A stretch of 64,000 nucleotides of DNA from the human T2T-CHM13v2.0 reference genome, Homo sapiens. The notes beneath the pieces are model-generated. The model saw only the letters and a list, made by a program, of their open reading frames with translations, did no database searches and was not told where the DNA came from. Of the stretch, positions 18,753-34,562 are shown piece by piece; the stretch's first letter is position 1; each line of letters begins with the position of its first letter. The translations under genes were made by a program, and so were the position numbers. The stretch lies in NCBI RefSeq assembly GCF_009914755.1, contig NC_060942.1; one strand, written 5' to 3'.

Positions 18753-18834
18753 GATACATCTATAATGAGTATACTTTAACATATAGTGACCACAATTTCC
18801 CTTCCTTACAATTTCCAGTCATAAAGTTTCTCCC

Positions 18835-19525
18835 ATCCTTTGAAATACTGCAGAACATATCTGATTCCTCTTCCAAATGAACACTCTTCAAATAGCTGAG
18901 GGCTGTGGCATGCTCCATACCACCCACTTTCCACTCCAAATCTATACCAGACTGGTCTCCTCTTTTCCAGACTAAATATCTCTAGTACTTTGACCATCGT
19001 TCAGATGACATGATTTCCAGAATTTTGTCCCTCTTATTAACCTTTTTGTAGATCTGTCATTTGTAAAGTGCAGGCCAAGAACTGAGCACAACTTCCTTGA
19101 TGTTGTCTGACCAGCACAAGGACATTTGGATGATTATCTCGTTCCTTCTGGACTCTCTATTTCCATCACATGACCTCAGGTCACATTAGCATTTTGGCAG
19201 CCTTAACCCAGTTGGCTTATGTTAAGCTGACAGTCAGCTAACACTCCTGAGCCTTTCTCTTGCTCTTATAAACTATTAAACAAAGTCTCCCTTGGTCTGG
19301 TTTCAGCTGATCCTTTAAACACAAAAGTTAGAGTCTAAATTTATCCCTATTAATTGTATCATGCTGGTTGCAGCCTATCCTTCAAGGTTGTTGAGATTTT
19401 TATGGCTCCTTAGCCTGTCAGCCAACATGTTAGCTGTTTTTCTCAGTTTTGTTTCATCTTTAAATTTGATAAGAATGCTTCAAACTGTTGATTTAAAATA
19501 CTGAACAATTTAGGGCCAAGAACCG
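18835..19525 (-). mobile_element. L3/CR1 LINE fragment
   Basis: Minus ORF contains LEIFSLEKRR, typical of the CR1 RT C-terminal region. Confidence 0.7.
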
Positions 19526-19574
19526 AACCATTTAAAAGTTTCATAAAGGTTAAGTCTGGTTAATATTAATAACT

Positions 19575-20490
19575 ATTACCATTTGTTCAGTAATTGCTCT
19601 GAGCCAGATACTGAGTTAGATGCATTGGGAACATTATCTCATTTGATTGCAGAACTCTTCAAGATAAATATGATTGTCCTCTTCTTACAAATGATAAAAC
19701 TACACTTATACACTGTTGGTGAGAGTGCAAATTAGTTCAACCACTGTGGAAAACAGTGTGGTGATTCCTCAAAGAGCTAAAGACAGAAATACCATTCGAC
19801 CCAGCAATCCCATTACTGGGTATATATCCAAAGCAATATAAATCATTCCATACTAAAGACACATGCACATATGTGTTCACTGCAGCACTATTCACAATAA
19901 CAAAGACATGGAATCAACCCAAATGCCCATCAATTATAGACTGGATAAAGAAAATGTGGTACATATACACCATGGAGTACTATACAGCCATAAAAACAAA
20001 TGAGATCATGTCCTTTGTAGGAACATGGGTGGAGCTGGAGGCCACTTTCCTTAGCAAAGTAATGCAGGAACAAAATACCACATGTTCTCACTTATAAGTG
20101 AGAGCTAAATGATGAGAAGACATGGACACGTAGAGAGGAACAACACACACTAGGACCCACTGGAGGGTGAGGGTAGGAAGGAGCAGAGGTTCAGGAAAAA
20201 TAGCTAATGAGTACTAGGCTTAATACCTGGGTAACAAAAGAATCTGTACAACATATCCTCATGACATGAGTTTAACTGCATAACAAACCTGCACATATAC
20301 CTCTAAAGTTAAAAGTTTAAAAATAAATAAATAAAAATATGGAACTAATGAAATAAAACAAATGATAAAACTGAGACTCAGAAATGTCACATGTCTTACT
20401 CAAATTCAGACAACTAGTAAGGCTTATAGCTGCATTTTGGAACCAGGTTTGTCTGATATCAAAGTCAAAATTCTACAGTGCCATGCTGCC
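19575..20490 (-). mobile_element. MIR split by an L1PA insertion
   Basis: MIR core 'cttacaaatgataaaact|gagactcagaaat' rejoins across the L1. Confidence 0.7.
19702..20357 (+). mobile_element. 5'-truncated older L1PA (about PA13-16) 3' end
   Basis: ORF2 C-terminus [18 protein letters not shown]; perfect TSD acaaatgataaaact at 19687-19701 and 20358-20372. Confidence 0.92.
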
Positions 20491-20872
20491 TTTGGAAGGG
20501 GAGCTGCTGAGACTATGAAAAAAGTCTTTAAGCCAAAGTCCTATTTGGAACCCCAAGGGTAGGTAAACCTTATCACTCTCTCCTTTCTGCCTCCCACTTC
20601 CCTGTGTCCTTCATCACAGTGACCCACCTTCGTAGGTTAGGGTATAAACCCTTCTCTCCACACTACTTTCCTCTTATCAGGCCCTTGTCCTTCCCTCCCA
20701 TCCTCAGTCCTGCTGCCTTCTACCCACTATATCTTTAATATCCCAGTTTGGGTTTCAAGAAATTCTCTTACAGTCTTACCCTTTTTTTTAATAACACTTC
20801 CCCTTTGCAACTTCTTCCATTAAACTAAAACATTGGGGCACCACTTCCTTCACCTATTTCTCTCACAGAGAC

Positions 20873-21360
20873 ACATTCATTCAATTGGTCATTGATTTAA
20901 CAAATAGTTACTCAGTATATAGCATGTGCTAGGTACTGTCCCAGGAACAGAAATAGAACAATGGAAAAAAAAGATATGGTTCCTGCCCTCACAGAGCTTG
21001 TAACTAGGGAAGGGGTAGATATCAAATAATTACACAAGTACATAATTACAAATATGGTAAGTGCTACAAAGGAGAAATTCAGTGCTCTATGAGACTATAC
21101 AATATAAGCACCTATTCTAGTCTGGAAAATAAGAAAGACCCCTGCTTTAAAAAAATATTTATTACATTTTTTGAGTACCTATTATGTCTCAGATAGTACT
21201 AGCACCTACTATAAATGGGAGGATATATAGGTATACAATGTTAAATAAAAGATATAGAAGTACATTAATATTTATACTGTGGTGTGATATCTGATATGTA
21301 AATGATAAGCACAGAGCATATGAATAAGAGCTGAGAATCAGGAAAAACTTCCTGAAAGCA
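20873..21360 (-). mobile_element. L2 LINE 3' fragments
   Basis: 'cattcattcaa...aacaaatagttactcagtatatagcatgtgctaggtactg...cctgccctcacagagcttg'; L2-like sequence resumes at about 26880-27040. Confidence 0.7.
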
Positions 21361-22892
21361 CATGCAATAGTTCAGATGTGTATCCTGCTAAACCTCATTT
21401 TGAAGTTTGATCCCGAGAAATTCAAAGGATCATTAGTGGACACTAATGAGCAATTATATGCCAATAAATTGGAAAATCTAGAAGACATGAACAAATTCCT
21501 AGACACATACAACCTACCAAGATTGAACCATAAAGAAATGCAAAACCTGAACAGACTGAAAACAATGAGATCAAAGCTCCAATAAAAAGTCTTCCAATAA
21601 AGAAAAGCCTGGACCCTATGGCTTCACTGATGAAATTCTATAAACAATTAAAGAAGAATACCAGTCCTACTCAAATTATTCCAAAAAATAAAGGAGGAGG
21701 AAATATTTACAAACTAATTCTATGAGGCCAGTATTACCCTGATACCAAAACCAGACAAAGACACATCAACAAAAGAAAACTATAGGCCAATATCTCTGAT
21801 AAATATTGATGCAAAAATCACCAACAAAATACTATCAAACTGAATTCAACAATACATTAGAAAGATCATTTATCATGACCAAGTGGGATTTATCCCTGGG
21901 ATGCAAGAATGGTTCAACATATACAGATTAATCAATGCGATACATCATATCAACATAATGAAGGACAAAAACCATATGATCATTTCAATTGATGCTGAAA
22001 ACGCATTTGATAAAATTCAACATCCCTTCATGATAAAAAAGACCTCAAAAGACTGGACATAGAAGGAATATACCTTAACATAATAAAAGCCACATATGAC
22101 AGATCCACAGCTAATATCATACTAAATGGGGGAAAAAGCCTTTTCTCTAAGATCTGGAAAATGACAAGGATGCCCGCTTTCACCACTGTTATTCAACATA
22201 GTACTAGAAGTCCTAGCTAGAGCAATCTGATAAGATAAAGATATAAAGGGCATCCAAACTGGAACGAAAGAAGTCAAATTATCCTTGTTTGCAGGTGATA
22301 TAATCTTATATTTAGAAAAACCTAAAGACTCCATAAAAAACTATTAGAACTGATAAATTCAGTAATGTTACAGGATGCAAATCAACATACAAAAATCAGT
22401 AGCATTTCTATATGCCAACAGTGAACAATGTGAATAAGAAATTTTAAAAGCAATCCCATTTACAATAGCAACATATAAAATTAAATACTTAGGAATTAAC
22501 CAAAGAAGTAACATATCTCTATAATAGAAACTACAAAACACTGATGAAAGAAATTGAGTTCTTCAAAAGTGTGTAACTCCAAGTGAGCCTGTTCAATTTG
22601 GTCCCATAAGTCATAAATTATATGGATTTAAAAGTCGATCTAATATTAATAAAGGCTCACTTTGTTCTCAAAATTTGAAGTAATGCACATACTTATAGCC
22701 TAAAAAAATCGGCAAGAATTACAAAATTTCAAAACTGGCGCATTGTAAACTGCATATGCGTTTGCCAGGTAGCAGTGCCACTTGAAATGGTGAACAGATA
22801 CACTGTTATTCTTTGTCAGTATCCTGTAAAGCCCAGGATTCTTTACCAGCACCACACAGCGATTTTGGTGACTATTTTAACATTCACATTGA

Positions 22893-23219
<327 letters not shown>

Positions 23220-23510
23220 TTAAAACTTGTGTTAAGCATGTTAAAGTCTCAGTAACTTTGGGATAGAAATAAAATGTGATAAAAAGTGAAAGAAACCACC
23301 ACAAGGGAGAGTCCTTTTTGAAATATTAGAGACATAATGCTGTCTAATAAAAAACGACATCAAAGAAAAACTACACTACAGTGATTGCAGACTTAATGTT
23401 GGCCAACCATGCATCCTCCCTAGAAATGCATTTGAATTTTATTTACTAATCTTTTATTTAGGAAATTTACATTTTTACATTACTGAGATTGGTCTTTTGG
23501 GCTATTATAC

Positions 23511-23841
<331 letters not shown>

Positions 23842-25615
23842 TAGCTCTCTAAAGTAAATAGGATAACTGTATATCTTTTTCTGTGCATTAAGCAATTATA
23901 ACATGGGAATGATTTGTTCATGAAAGGTTGAAAGTCTGTACTTGTAGAACTTTTGAGTTCACAGTGCTTTCAGAAATAATTTCTTTATAACTGTCAGTTT
24001 CTTCTGTGACTATTTTGTTATCTATTTTTAAATTTAAGCAACTTTAAATTTAAAAAATTTGTTTTAAAATAAAAAAAAAGAAATTGAAAAGGACACCAAA
24101 AAATGGAAAGATATTCCATGTTCATGGATTGGAAGACTCAATATTGTTAAAATATTCATACTACCCAAAACAATCTACAGTTTCAAGGCAATCCCTATCA
24201 AAATACCAATAACATTCTTCATAGAAATGGAAAACACAATCCTAAAATTTATATGGAACCACAAAAGTCCCAGAATGGCCAAAGCTATCCTAAACAAAAA
24301 GAACAAAACTGGAGGAATCACATTACTTCAAATTATACTACAGAGCTATAGTAACCAAAACAGCATGGTACTGGCATAAAACAGACACATGAACCAATGG
24401 AACAGAATAGAGAACCCAGAAATAAATCTACACATCTACAGTGAACTCATTTTTTGACAAAGGTGCCAAGAACATACACTAGGGAAAAAACAGTCTTGTC
24501 AATTAATGGTTCTGGGGAAACTAGATATCCATATGCAGAAAAATGAAACTAGATCCTTATCTCTCACCATATACAAAAATCAAATCAAAATGGATTAAAG
24601 ATTTAAATCTAAGACTTTGAACTGTGAAATTATTAAAAGAAAACATTGAAGAACATCTCTAGGACATTGGTCTGGGCAAAAAATTCTTGAGCAATACCAC
24701 AAAAGCACAGAAAACCAAAGCAAAAATGAACAAATTGAATAATATCAAATTAAAAAGCTTCTGTATAGCAATGATACAATCAACAAAGTGAAGAAACAAC
24801 CCACAGAATGGGAGAAAATATTTGCAAACTACTCATCTGACAAGGGATTAATAACTAGAATATATAAGGAGCTCAAAGAACTCTATAGGAAAAAATATAA
24901 TAATCTGATCAAAATGGGCAAAAGACTGGAATAGAAATGCCTATTTCTCAAAAGAAGACATACATATGGCAAACAGGCATATGAAAAAGGTGCTCAACAT
25001 CATTAACCATCATAGAAATGCAAATCAAAACTACAATGATATCATCTCACCCCAGTTAAGATGGCTTATATACAAAAGACAGGTAATAACAAATGCTGGC
25101 AAGGATATAAAGAAAAGGGAGCCCTCTTACACTGCTGGTGGAAACGTAAATTAGTACAACCACTATGGATAACATCTTGGAGTTTCCTCAAAAAACTAAA
25201 AATAGAACTACCATATGATCCAGCAATCCCACTGCTGTGTATATTCCCAAAAGAAAGGAAATCAGAATATAGAAGAGATATCTGCACTCCTAAGATTTGG
25301 AAGCAACCTAAGTGTCCATCAACAGATGAATGGATAAAGAAAATGTGGTACATATATACAACGGAGCACTATTCAGCCACTAAAAAGAATGAGATCCTGT
25401 CATTTGCAACAGCAATGGATGGAATTGGAAATCATTATGTTAAGGAAAATAAACTAGGCACAGAAAGACAAATATCACATGCTCTCACTTAATTGTGGGA
25501 TCTAAAAATCAAAATAATTGAATTCATGAAGCTAGAGAATAGAAAGATGGTTACTAGAGGCTGGGAAGGGTGGTGGAAGATTGAGGAGGAGGTGGGGATG
25601 GTTAATAGGTATTTA

Positions 25616-26309
<694 letters not shown>

Positions 26310-27228
26310 TTAATCGTACATTTTTAAATAACTAAAAGAATATAATTAGATTGTTTGTTACACAAAGGATAAGTGCTTGAGGGAATGGATACCCTATATG
26401 TGATTATTTCACATTGCATACCTTACCAAAACATCTCATGTATCCCATAAATATATATACCTATGTATCCACAACAATTAAAAATTAAAAAAAAATTTTT
26501 TTAAGAAATTCGATCCCTAGTGTTGGAGGTGGGGCCTAGTGGGAGGTGCTTGTGTCATGGGGGCAGATCCCTCACGATCAGGTTGGCGCTTTCCTTGAGG
26601 TAATGAATAAGTTCTCACTCTATTCGTTCCTGCAAGAACTGGTTGTAAAAAAAAGTCCGGCAACTCCCTCCTCTCTCTCCTGCTTCCTCTCTCCCCATGT
26701 GATCTGCACACACCCACTCCCCTTTGTCTTCTGCCATGAAGCCCTCACCAGAACCAGATGCTGGTAACATGCTCCTTGTACAGCCTGTAGAACCATGAGC
26801 CAAATAAACCTATTTTCTTCATAAATTACCCAGCCTCAGATATTATTTTATAGCAACACAAATGGACTAAGACAGTATATCAGCCTCCTTTTCAAGAGTG
26901 ACTAAGAATTATTGAGCCAGAGAAAGGGGACATTCCAGTTAAAGGGAAGAGCGTAGGCAAAGCTTTGGAGAAGGTTGTATCATAATACATTTGGAGAGTA
27001 AGGAGTTCACTGTGGTTAAAGCAGAGAGGGTATAGGGGGATAGGGATATTATTGACCCATCTATATGTCACACTGACCATCCAAGCCTTAAAAGTCAAAA
27101 AAAAAAAAGAACTTTAAGGATAGATGATGCTTCACAAAAACAATATTCAGCTACAAGTGAATTATAATTACAATACGTATGCTAGACAAGACTAATAACT
27201 AATAAATATATGGTGACTGAGGAGGATA

Positions 27229-27299
27229 GTGTGTGTGGGTGTGTGGGTGTGTGGGTGTGTGCGTGTGCGTGTGTGTGTGGGGGGGGTGTGTGAGTGTGT
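27229..27299. repeat. Imperfect (GT)n microsatellite
   Basis: Direct inspection. Confidence 0.9.
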
Positions 27300-28374
27300 T
27301 ATGTACATGTAGCAGAGGAGGGTTGAAAGTTATAACAAACTACACTCCAAAATATTTTACAAACAACCTGTAACAGTTTGAGTAGGTATGTGTTTGCAGT
27401 CCAGGTCATAACAACATAAAACATAGCCAGAAATGTAACTATGACACTGCATAAACAAAAGGAAAATAAAGTACGATGATCCCATTACTGATCATGCATA
27501 CTGGCATGCATCTCATTCATTAGAGTACTTTAAACTAGGTTTAAGTATACAATTGATGAAAGGAGTTTGTTTTGTTTTTGTTTTTGTTTTTTAAGCTGGA
27601 ATGCAGTGCTGCAATTTGTCTGTCCTAGCAGCATTGCCTATGGACAGTCATTAATCAGAAGTGAATTATTACTTCCTTATGAAATTTAGCTTCAGTTTTT
27701 TCCTCTTGAACTTATCTGGAAATCTTTAACATGGAGAGTCATGCTAGATCCTTTCCTAGTTGGAAAATTCAACTCATCCCTCACATTTATCTTCTGAAGC
27801 CCACTTCTCTTTATTCCGTCAGAGTGTACCAACTGAGATTAAGTTCCTTTCCATCTCTCACATATATGTGTCTGTCACTGTCAAGAATTGTGGCAATTAA
27901 TTTTAAGGGGAGGGGGCTAAAAACCTACATATGGGGTAGTTTAAACAAAACCACACCTTTAGCTATCAATCAAATGAACCAGATGATTGTTTCTAAAAAC
28001 TCAACTTTGAAAAGATTATTCTGCACTAAGGTTTTTGTTTTGTTTGGTTTTGGTTTTGTTTTTAAAATAAAAAAGAACAATTCAAGTTTGGGGAAGTAAC
28101 CAGAGCCTCAAATGAAATATTGGCTATCTTTTTAAAAATTTTATACACCAATGGGTGTTTTGTTACTTTTGCTTTAAATGCGGCCTTTAATTTCTTTCTT
28201 CTTTTTTAAATTAAGAAGCTGTATTGTTCAGAGTGCAAGTTACTGAGACATTATCAATTTCTCCCAACACACCAGGTTCACTGCACAGAGGCTTGTTCTA
28301 CTGGTTAGACCTAGAGCTCATTAATATTAAAAAGTGAGGTTACTTCATTATTGGACTGAAATTTCCATTTTCAC

Positions 28375-29200
28375 TTGCCCTGTCTTTAGCTCTGTCCTTC
28401 TAACATCAATGAGTAAGATAGAAACATGGAAAATATGCTCATCAAATTTATAGATGATAAAAAGCCAGGAGTGACAGCAAATGTTGTTGATACAAGGATC
28501 AAGATTCAGAAAGATTTATGAGAGGCTAGGGCAACGGGCTAAATGTAATATATAAAATTTAGAATGAATAAGTACAAGATCCTCAACATGGGTTCAAAAA
28601 TCAATCTTGCAAGTTTAGTAACAGCAAGTATGTAAAAGACTTAGGAATCTTAATTAATAATGAGCTCAGTGTGTGTTAACAGTGTGATATGATTCCAAAA
28701 AAAAACTAATGGCACTTGATAGTGCTCTAAGAAAGTGTAACATTGAGAATGAGAAGGTGGATAACTTAGTCCTGAATTCAGCTTTGGGTGCATATATTAC
28801 AGTATCCTTGGGATATGCTTGGTTAAAGAAACTGAATCCAAATTGCAAAAGAACCTGTTCAAGGGACTAGATTATTCAACCTAAAGCTAAGATTTAGAGA
28901 ACAAAGAGTAGCTATACTCAAATAGTTAAAAAAGGGATTCAATGTACTGTCCATAGATCCAGAAGGGGAGAACTAGGATTAATGAATGTGAATTTCAGGC
29001 AGGCAGATTTCAGCTCAGCAAGAATAAACTCTTTCTTCTTCAGACAAATATTAAGCCAAAAATGGAATGGGCAACCTCATAGTTCCCTACCCCTCACTGG
29101 TGGTACTCAAGCCCAGGCTGGAAAACTTCTGCCAGGGGAAAATCAAACAAACATTACAATGATGATTCAAGAATTATGTGTATTATTGGACTGGATAGTC
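28375..29200 (+). mobile_element. L3/CR1 LINE RT fragment
   Basis: 'ctcatcaaatttatagatgataaaaagccagga' ~ LIKFADDTKLG; 'aagtacaagatcctcaacatgggt' ~ KCKVLHLG. Confidence 0.75.
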
Positions 29201-29835
29201 TATGATCTATGCTTTTTAGACAAACTCAGCTATCACAAAAAGACCTCTTCAAAGACAGCTCATCTAGGCCCCCACGAAGCATACAATCTCTTACAGCTGT
29301 CAGAAATTATAGCCCCAAGTGTGGTAAAGCTGATGGGAAGCTAATATTTTAGTTGTTCTACGTGGAATCTTAGCCAAAAGGTCAAGAAGCAATATATTTC
29401 AGCAGTGTGCAGCGGCCTAAGAGAGAGAAGGACCATTATTTTATTATGTGACCCTTCTTCCAACTGGGTGAGATCATCCTTGTGTTTCCAAAAACATTGC
29501 CCAGACCCTGTGTGGACTGTAGGGTGCAGTAATGTTATACTTGGGCCTTTCAAAAAAAATGATGTGCCAAGAACAAACCCAACTCAGGATTCCCAAACAG
29601 AAATTGGAGGACCTTTTAGTCAGAGCGAAGAATACAAAGATCTGTGAAGCCAGAAGCTTCAGAGATTAAGCTGAATCAGGAATTTATTTACCTAAAATGT
29701 GTTCAGACCAAGTATCATTAATGCTTTCCATCTTGACACATTCGGTAAAAGAAGCAAACTTTCCAGGATGCCATGCCTCACTTTATATCATATAATCTGA
29801 TACGGGGTGGGGTAGGGGAAGTACAGTAAATCTAG

Positions 29836-30183
<348 letters not shown>

Positions 30184-31049
30184 TGAAAGTACTTTTTTAT
30201 CTCTCCCTGAGAACTTATGACATTGCTGTTCCTGATACCTGACACCGTGACCATTCTCAAAACTGCAGAACTATCGACCAGAAGAATGAAAAGTTATCCC
30301 CCTCAAACTACAAGGGGAATACTAGAAGAAAAGGAAAAGCAAAAGGCCTCTCCACTTTAAAAGCCCATGGTCTCTTCCACCAGAAGGTAAGAAAGAACGG
30401 CCATTACTTATTTAGCTCAATTAAGTAAGAACTTTCTTATAGTCAGCTATGACCAAGAAAACAATGGGCTGCCTTGGGGAGCTCAAGCATGGATTAACCT
30501 ATCCATCACTAAAACAAGGTTGCTCAAGTCGAGCACAAAGAAACCTAGTGGGTACTTTTGTACCTAATTCCTTAGAGACATGTTTAAGAAGCCCCAGAAG
30601 TTACATGTCCAAGCCAAATGGGTTTGCTAAGGTGTCATCATCACATCAATAATTTTGATCTTCAGTGCTAAAAATATGAAACATATACAGGCAGTGCTGC
30701 TTTAGTTGAATTGGGTGGTAATGGTGAAGATAGGTGGAGAGAAGGGAACCTGTTTTTATTTGCTTTGAATCTTTACTATTCTACGTAAATTTTATTCTGA
30801 AAAAAAGATTCCTCAGATATTCTGGTATTTTGAAGCCCACTAGGTAATTATTATTCCTCCCAGAAGAATCTGCATTATCCTACAAGAGGGAGACTTCTAG
30901 AAATGCAAAAAGGACACAACATTATCATTTTCTCCTACCGCCTGTTCAAACCTGTTCCATGAAGCTAATTCTCTTCTCTCCTTGAGATGAACCTAGAGTA
31001 TGTCTATTGTCTAGCCCCATCAGATACGAAAATACAAAATTCCACACAA

Positions 31050-31680
31050 AACACTTTACTCTCACTTTTATCCAAAATCTAACTTACTTCAATTATTTAA
31101 ATATCCTTTCCCATGTAACAGTCAAAAAATTAAAACCCCAAGCTTCATTTAGAGGGAATGCTTCTTCCCCTCCCCAGCATGGGCTGCTACAGGCTGGAAG
31201 CCTGCAATGGGAAAGAGGGACATGGTCACCTTCTTCTCTGGGTGCCTTTCCTTGCTTCTCTTCCTCCCTGTCAGCTTTCTTGCTGTGGTTTCTGCTCTCT
31301 CCAGAGTTGAAGTAGGGCAAAGGGGAAGGTGGTACTGTTTGGTAAGGAGCAGAAAAGGTTGTACCTGAAAGGAACCAGAATTGCCTAGTGTTAATGCTCT
31401 CTGGGTCGGAAATGAGTTTTAAACTGTCTCTTTTCCTCATGGGGGCACTTCTGCTATTTCTATGGTGACTCCCCTTCTCCATTAGGACAGCTATTAGATT
31501 GAGGTTCCTTTGAGACATCAATCTCTCTCTTCTGGCTGGTTGCTTACAGCCTTCTCACCCCCTACTCCTCTGACTAGACACTTCTATCCCTTTCCTGTAA
31601 GATTTCCTTACCTGTGTCAGGAAACCCCCTAAGGTGTGGTCCCTCAGCAGCTCTGTCTGACATGTCCCACACCTGATCCA
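31050..31680 (-). mobile_element. Possible ancient LTR remnant (LTR78-like)
   Basis: Composition and recalled similarity only. Confidence 0.3.
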
Positions 31681-31704
31681 TAGAACACATATACACACAT
31701 ATAC

Positions 31705-31990
31705 TTCTCAGTGCTTCAGGGTCCTCTTCTGTAAGATGGAGATATTAAGCCAAGTGCAGTGGCACACACCTATAGTCCCTGCTATTCCAGAGGCTGAGGT
31801 GGGAGTACCACTTGAACCCATGAGTTTGAGGCTGTTGTGCACTATTATCGGGACTGTAAATAGCCACTGCACTCCAGCCTGGGCAACACAGTGAGACCTC
31901 ATCTCTATAATAAATAAATAAGAGAATATTAATAGCAACTCTCTCCTATGGTTGTTGTGAAGATTAAACAAAACAACAACTGGCCCAAAA
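31705..31990 (+). mobile_element. MIR interrupted by FAM
   Basis: 'ctcagtgcttcagggtcctcttctgtaagatggag' ... 'ggttgttgtgaagattaaac'. Confidence 0.7.
31748..31921 (+). mobile_element. FAM (fossil Alu monomer)
   Basis: Monomer retaining the 7SL-like 'ctgtaaatagccactgcactccagcctgggcaac'; A-rich tail. Confidence 0.8.
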
Positions 31991-32924
31991 TAAACACTAA
32001 GATAACAGTAACTTTCCCAAGCTCATATTATTAGTAGTAAGTAGTAAAACTAGATCTGTCCTCCTTCAAAGCCAGGGAGGTACATTTCCTGTCACACTAC
32101 ATTTCCAGGAGGGAGGTATTTTGAACCAAGGAACTACCCAGAACTACTCAATTCATCCACTCTGCTCACTCATAAGACTGGCTATGGGCATGGTTTTGGC
32201 AACAAATTGATTGTCCTGGCACCTCTGGTTCAACTCTCCAGCAGCACCCTAAAGCTGTAGATCAGCAGCAGGAAGTCCCTGGGCATCCTCCCCCTTCACT
32301 CCAGAGCATCACACCAGGCTGAACTCAAGAGCTGTCACAATGCTGGGAAAAGTGCCAAACTAATCTCTAGAGCATGGGGCACTCTGACGCTTGACATAGA
32401 CAAGAGGATAACTTTTTTCACCTTCGAGCCAACATTATACTCTTCAAATCCTCTTTTAGGAAACCTTATATAAAACCATGCTCACTCAATAGACAGCCTC
32501 CAAAGTGAAGCCTGTCTCACTAGGTCTTTGACACTCCTTCATTAGGTGACTATCTGCTACCAACATAGAGCAAAACTAGAGAGATTTCTGCCCTAGAGAC
32601 CACATCTTGAGGTGCAGAATTTTCCCACTCTCTGTTCTCTCAAAGTATTCCTTAGAGTATTCCTTAATTGATATAGTTACATTAAATTATAGAGCTAGTC
32701 TCACGTAGACTATTCATTAAATATTCTCTTTCAGCACACCAGAGTCACATTTTCTATGCTTTAAAGGTCAGAAATCTTTTTGCAAACTTCATATCTTTCC
32801 ACCCCAAGGTGGAGATTCATCTTCAAAGGTTCCTAAAAGGGATGTGATTCTATCGCAAAGAACATCTTCCTCTGGAAAGAACCAACTGGCTTCCATCAAA
32901 GCATTTCACAACATTTATGCATCA

Positions 32925-34431
32925 TTCCTACAGGCTACTTGGTAATTGCAAAGACAAAGATGTACCTTTACACAGGGGCAATATCTAGTACCTTAACCAC
33001 ATAATCAAGCTAAGCATCACTGATAGTAGGATACTCTAATGTTATGTTCTTACTGATGTGAAGTGATACAAAACACAAAGCATCATTTATTACATATCTT
33101 GCCAAATATGTTTAACTTGAATCTTATCAACCCTTTAAACCTAATTTCCAGTTTATGGGAAATAGAAATGATAAAGGAACAAGTCTAAAAAAAAAAAAAA
33201 CCAACAAACAAAAAAATAACCATAAGGAAACAAGAAGGCTAATTCAGAACACAGAATGTCCTATAAGACAACTGGCCAAGTTTCTTCAAAAAGTCAATTT
33301 CACAGGGAAAAAAAATAGGTGACACTGCTCAAAAATAAGACACTAAGGAGATATAATAACCAAATATAATGCATGAAACTTCATAGAGTCATGGTTTGAA
33401 GGAAATAACTGTAAGACACATCATGGAGAAAAACTGAGGAAATTTCAGTGTGAATTAGATATGAGTTGATATTAGGCAACTGTTACTTTCCTGAGGTGTC
33501 ATAGTAGAATGTAACTATAGTAGAATATACTTATAATTAACATATATGTGATGAAGTGTTTGTAAGTAAAGCATCATGATGTCCAACCAATGTGTATGCA
33601 CATATCCACACACATTCAACATGTGTTAACAAGTGTGGGTATTATAAGTGGATATGCAAGTATTCATTGTAATATTCTTTCAAATTTTCAGCATGTTTAA
33701 AAATTATAAAAATACAGGTGAAATGTTTCTATTTGCAGATGTGAGGACAGTGTAGAAAATCCCAAAGTATCTATAAAAGCAAAATGAAACAAAATACCTC
33801 CTAAAGCTAATTAAGTTCAGCCAGCCGATTAGGTATTACTGCAATGGGCTGCCCAGTAATCAAAGAGGACTACTTATTTCCCACCAGGGTTTTTACAAAA
33901 AGATTCATTCTGATAAGTTCTCTGATGAAGTTCAGACATTGTTACAGGGGGTGGCACCAGCTTCTCTACATCTCTATCAAAATCAAAGAAAACTCAGAAA
34001 AAAATGGAAAACAAAAGTTGCCTTATTATTCTACTATTTGAGCAGAATCTACCTGACACAAAGCAAATGCTTGTTTAATTTCAATGACATTCATAAAGTT
34101 GTAATTGAGAAGGAAAAAACGTAAAATTTATTTAAGAAGTCTATAAATCTCCCTATTTACAAAACTTTTCTTAATATACAAAATAAACTGGGATCAAAAG
34201 TTTTTATAACCCTAAAAAAAAAATACAAAAGTACAGCCAGGTTACAGCTTAATCAACACACAAATCAACTGCATTTCTTTATACAACAATGGACATATGA
34301 AAACTAAAATTAAAAACACAATGCCATTTAAAATTGCTCCAAAGAAATACTTAGGTATAAATGTAAAAAAGTAAACACACCATGTACAAAATATGTATGC
34401 TTTAACTACAAAATATAATTTAAAAATTAAA
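32925..34431 (+). mobile_element. Old L1M fragments (3'UTR, then an ORF2 piece split by a retrocopy)
   Basis: 'ctatttgcagatgtg...gtagaaaatcccaaag'; resumes 'aatcaacacacaaatcaactgcatttcttatac' after 34240. Confidence 0.7.
33825..34228 (+). pseudogene. Short processed retrocopy of an unidentified mRNA 3' end
   Basis: TSD aagttcagccag 33813-33824 / aagtacagccag 34229-34240; AATAAA 34182-34187; A-tail from 34214; stop-free frame 33825-34124. Confidence 0.75.
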
Positions 34432-34432
34432 G

Positions 34433-34562
34433 AGCCAGGCACAGTGGCTCACACCTGTAATCCCAGCACTTTGGGAGGCCGAGGCAGGTAGATCACCTGA
34501 GGTCAGGAGTTTGAGAACAGCCTGACCAACATGGAGAAACCTCATCTCTACTAAAAATACAA
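34433..34562 (+). mobile_element. Left arm only of an AluSp-like element
   Basis: 'cctgaccaacatggagaaacc' diagnostic; ends at the mid-A linker. Confidence 0.85.

Noticed and set aside
33975-34045. KNGKQKLPYY resemblance to a lipoxygenase C-terminus
   Set aside because: Too short, different frame from the long open frame, and no conserved terminal motif
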